NCBI GenBank assembly: GCA_013115125.1
Contig: JABANN010000342.1
Location: forward strand, 1 to 37,234
DNA length: 37,234 nt
Origin: Perkinsus olseni
Taxonomy: Eukaryota
Reading direction: 5' to 3'
Both the position numbers and the translations under genes were made by a program. Below the pieces are notes generated by a model, which did not search any database, was not told where the DNA came from, and saw only the letters and a list, made by a program, of their open reading frames with translations. Below are positions 33,721 to 37,234 of this stretch, one piece after another (positions within the stretch are counted from its first letter, which is position 1; each line of letters opens with the position of its first letter).

Positions 33721-34182
33721 ATGCTTCAGCCGAGTCGCCTTATGGCCATGATTACTTTCGCGGTTATCTGCTCGAAGGCAAAGCCGCCTCCGCCGAGAGG
33801 AAGATACTTCAACCAGGTCGTCCCTGATAATGTGTGTATCGAGGTCAACTGGGTCGACGATCCTTGCCGTCCAGAGGAGGACGTGGCTCTGCTGCTCCTT
33901 TGTGATGGCCGTCGAGTTGATTCGGTTCCTATGGAAGTGCAGACCAAGGGATTCAACATCTTCGAGATCGCTCAAACTAGTAGGGAGGAGTACGACGACT
34001 TCTTGCATGTTTCCGACATGAATTGCCACTCATATCCCGTGGATGACGGTCATCTGCATGAATTCATTTACAACGAGAAGGTGAATACCATCGCAGTTAA
34101 GCTACGTGATGGAGTCGTGACTCTGAAGAGCGGCGCCTGTCCCCAAGAACTTGGCGGTCCAGCACTGCTGGTCCAGCAGTAA
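33721..34182 (+). CDS. Small lineage-specific predicted secreted protein
   Basis: 153-aa ATG-initiated ORF with a hydrophobic N-terminus, then PPRGRY, spaced Cys residues and L..G.C near the end. No recognised domain. Confidence 0.7.
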   Translation: MLQPSRLMAMITFAVICSKAKPPPPRGRYFNQVVPDNVCIEVNWVDDPCRPEEDVALLLLCDGRRVDSVPMEVQTKGFNIFEIAQTSREEYDDFLHVSDMNCHSYPVDDGHLHEFIYNEKVNTIAVKLRDGVVTLKSGACPQELGGPALLVQQ

Positions 34183-34999
34183 CTCAAACAGAATCCCTCC
34201 TCTACCGAGCTGGGTAACAGTTGCTTTGTCCGTCAGTTGCTTGGTTTTCGACAATTTGGAAGGCTCTGCTCCAGCAGTGCTGGATCAGCATCAACCAAAT
34301 ACAACCATTCCCTCAAGCAAGCTCGTGAAGTTTGCCCGAAGCGTTCGGGCCGAAGGAGCATCGTCTCATCCCGATCGATTTCATAGGTGCAACTACCATG
34401 CCGGAATCAATGTGGGCGAAAGTTTCACATTGGTTCCGGAACAACGTGTTGCTGACAGCAACTTGCTGTGAATATGAGCCGCATCAGTTCGGAACTGAAG
34501 GGCTGGCCCAGCGCTCACAGGTGTTCCCCCGACAACTCATGTACAATCACGTGACGACGTCACGGAGACGTATCGACCGTCCGATACAGTTACCCAACAC
34601 AGCACCACCGCTCTCAGGATGTCCTGACTACGGCATCCTTGTCGTCGTCGAGCCAGGCATCAGTGACTGATGATCAGTCGCCTCAGACGGGTAGTCAGGT
34701 TCCGTCCCCAAACCCCTACACACAACGGCCCTGAAGGAGGCCGTTTACTGCGAAGGAATGGCCTGGCACCGATCCAGGCACATTCGTCTGACTTACACGC
34801 AGGAAACCACTAACACAGAGCCGTGCCGTAAGAGCAACGACTCCTAGGTTGGGTTCTAGTATTACCGCGCTACACAACCCACACGAAGATGGCCTTGAAA
34901 AAAGCCAAGCAACGCGGAACCTACTGGAGGTTCACCTTATCTGCGTGTGTGCGCCCCTGACACAATGCCGGCTTTCCGGGGCCCCCCTCGACAGCCAGC

Positions 35000-35200
35000 G
35001 ACAACTACGTCGCCAACGAGCTGCCGAGTTGGCCAAGCTAGCAGAGCTCCCTCCGAACCAGTCGGACACATGAGCCTGCACCTGCTTGGGGAAGAGAAGA
35101 CCACAGAGTCTGTGGCCCAGACAGTCTCCGCCATGGCATACTTCAAGTCAGGACGTCGTCCAAGGCGACCGCGTTGTCATCGTGAACTCGCACCAGCCTC
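35000..35200 (+). mobile_element. Possible decayed integrase zinc-binding (H2C2) region
   Basis: H...HLLGEEKTTESV..., W....QDV.. and ..CHR appear across frames, resembling H..G..KT...W.....DV...C..C. Confidence 0.35.
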
Positions 35201-35571
35201 ATCAGCTCGTCGACGGCTACGAGTCGTGGACGGGTCCAGCTGTAAGTCGTCAGAAACCGCAGGGAGAAGAATCAGTGCCGAAGGACACCATTGCTCCTGT
35301 AAGACGTTGCGAAGCCGTGTTTCTCTCCAATATCCTGTCACACTAATTCGAACTTGCGTTTTTTTAAATTTCTCGAAAACGAAGTTGTATTTTTTTAATC
35401 GATCTTGAAAATTCCATTTTGAAAATGCGTTTTCAAGCGTTTTAAAATGAAGTCTTCTCATTTTAGGTTTCGAAAAGAGTATTTAAATTGAGGTCCCATC
35501 CTTTTAACATGAGGAAAAATTCCCACTATCATTTGAAGAGCGCTCAGCACCGCATGTCACCAGCGCTTCTG

Positions 35572-35645
35572 GCTCTGGTGGCTCAATCGGATAGAGCGTT
35601 AGACTTCTAATCCAAAAGTTGCGGGCTGAAGTCCCGCCCACAGTA
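35572..35645 (+). pseudogene. tRNA-Arg(TCT) probable pseudogene
   Basis: GCTCTGG TG GCTC AATCGGATA GAGC G TTAGA CT-TCT-AA TCCAA AAGTT GCGGG CTGAAGT CCCGC CCACAGT A. Mismatches in the acceptor and anticodon stems, and the T-loop lacks TTC. Confidence 0.8.
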
Positions 35646-35699
35646 TATGTGGTGGCACCTCAGATCGGAACTGTCTGTTCCTAGGACAGCCTTCCGTAT

Positions 35700-37234
35700 T
35701 TATACGCTATCGCTGATCGGTGATACGCCGGGCGAGGACGACGTCAGTAATGACATAGTCCTCGATACGCTCGAGGTGCCAAAGGACAGCTGGTCCGTCC
35801 AGCTTACTGCAGCCCTCGAAGCTGGTGTATTCCCCCAAGAGTGGAAACACTCGAAGGGGGTGTTTATCCATAAAAGTGGCCGGGATCCAGCTCGCCCCAA
35901 TGGCTGGCGTCCCATCTGTTTGGTCACTTCTGGTAGCAAGCTGTTCGAGCGATTAATTCTCGAACGGCTCGCTTCGTGCCCGCAGATCCGTGACCGCTTG
36001 GAGTCTCCAGTGATCCACGGTTTCTGTAAGGGCAAATCGGTCGACACTGCCGCCCTGCGCATCATTAACGCGTTCAGGGCTGGCAGGAAGAGGAGTAAAC
36101 GCGCACCAGTAGCTCTGATCCAGCTCGATGTGCAAAATGCGTTTCCCTCGGTCAAGCACAGCCACATTCTGGCTACCCTGGCTCGATACGACGTGCCACG
36201 ATATCTTATCGACATCGTCGAGAGCTATCTCGAGGGACAGAGTGTGGCTGCTACCTACGGCAGCGATGAGGCCACGGTGGGTTTGGAAAGAGGGGTGCCT
36301 CAAGGCAGTGCCTTAGGCCCCTTCCTGTTTTTGCTGAGCACCCTACCACTGGTCGACGCGTTTTCGGGTATGGAGGAAAAAGGCGTAAGCCTCACCCTCT
36401 ACGCGGACGACACGACGGTGGTGGTGTCCGCCGGTACTGGCCCGTCGCTGGTTAAAAGGTGGCGGTCAGCAGAGGCTCTGCTGCTGGCCTGGGCTGCCGA
36501 CGCTGGAGTGTCCTACGAGCCGGCCAAGAGCCAGGCGCTCCTGCCTAGGACCATCGGGGACGATATTTTGTCCCTTGATGGAACACCCGTTGACATCGTC
36601 AAGGTTGTCCGGGTGCTTGGTGTTTTGATCGATCGGCGCTTATCGTTCCAACACCACATCAAGGTTAAATGTGCCGAAGCCAAAGCCAAGTTAGGCAGGC
36701 TGAGGCACCTGGGCTGGGCACGTGCTGGGATCACAGGCAAGAAAGTGATCAAAACCTATAATCCGGGTGTGGGATCCAGCCGGGCTGGTCCAGCCCGGCT
36801 GGACTCCAGCCCCTCCTTCCATGCTGCGACAGCGTTTTCTGACTCCAGCCGCTGGAGTCAGTCACAGCCAAGTCTGCCCTGCTGCAGGTCTCGGCTATAG
36901 TGGCGAGGATAGCCCTCCAAGCTCCACGGAACAGCTCCAACGCGGCACTCTGCGTCGCGGCTGGTATCTTGCCAGCAGACTTGGAGATCGGTAGAATCGC
37001 GGCCACCAGACTCGCTGCGCTTGGGTGCATTACGACGCTGGACCGAACTCTCTCGGTCAAGGGCTTGAAGGTACATGAGAGTCGCGATGGCGGTGATAAA
37101 GTGCAGCGCTGGAGGGCTTTGCCCACTCAACCTTGGCACCCCTGGGTCTCGACTACCATCGCGGAACGTGAGGAGGCCAAGAGCTACGCACTCGAGGCTC
37201 TCCGAACCAAGAATGCCATTTTCACGGATGGCTC
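35700..37234 (+). mobile_element. 5'-truncated non-LTR retrotransposon (RT + RNase H), frameshifted, runs off window
   Basis: TPGED, FPQEWK, WRPICL, KLFER, IHGF, LDVQNAF, GVPQGSALGPFLF, YADD, VLGVLID..LSF. After a frameshift at ~36770-36890 come RIALQAPRNSSNAALCVAAGILP and the terminal AIFTDGS (RNase H first motif). Confidence 0.93.

Overview
Eukaryotic nuclear DNA with short GT-AG introns. The gene style and families resemble a Perkinsus-type alveolate parasite (inference, not demonstrated). The left half is gene-rich: two tandem FAX/metaxin-like GST-fold genes, a spliced SGNH/PC-esterase-like gene, three intronless type-B carboxylesterases (the third a pseudogene), a secreted-protein gene with a decayed paralog, an Arp6-like gene with an antisense intronic tRNA-Arg(ACG), and a small Cys-rich gene. 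The right half is mostly decayed repeats, with two secreted-protein genes, tRNA pseudogenes, integrase relics and a 5'-truncated non-LTR retrotransposon (RT + RNase H). The most striking unexplained signal is a recurrent 22-nt scar: the first 7 nt of an 8-mer, then its reverse complement, then its last 7 nt. I count 5 perfect and 5 one-mismatch copies, each built on a different 8-mer, plus longer two-sided versions. This matches excision footprints of a hairpin-forming (hAT-type, 8-bp TSD) transposase, and such scars disrupt a tRNA gene and the RT ORF.
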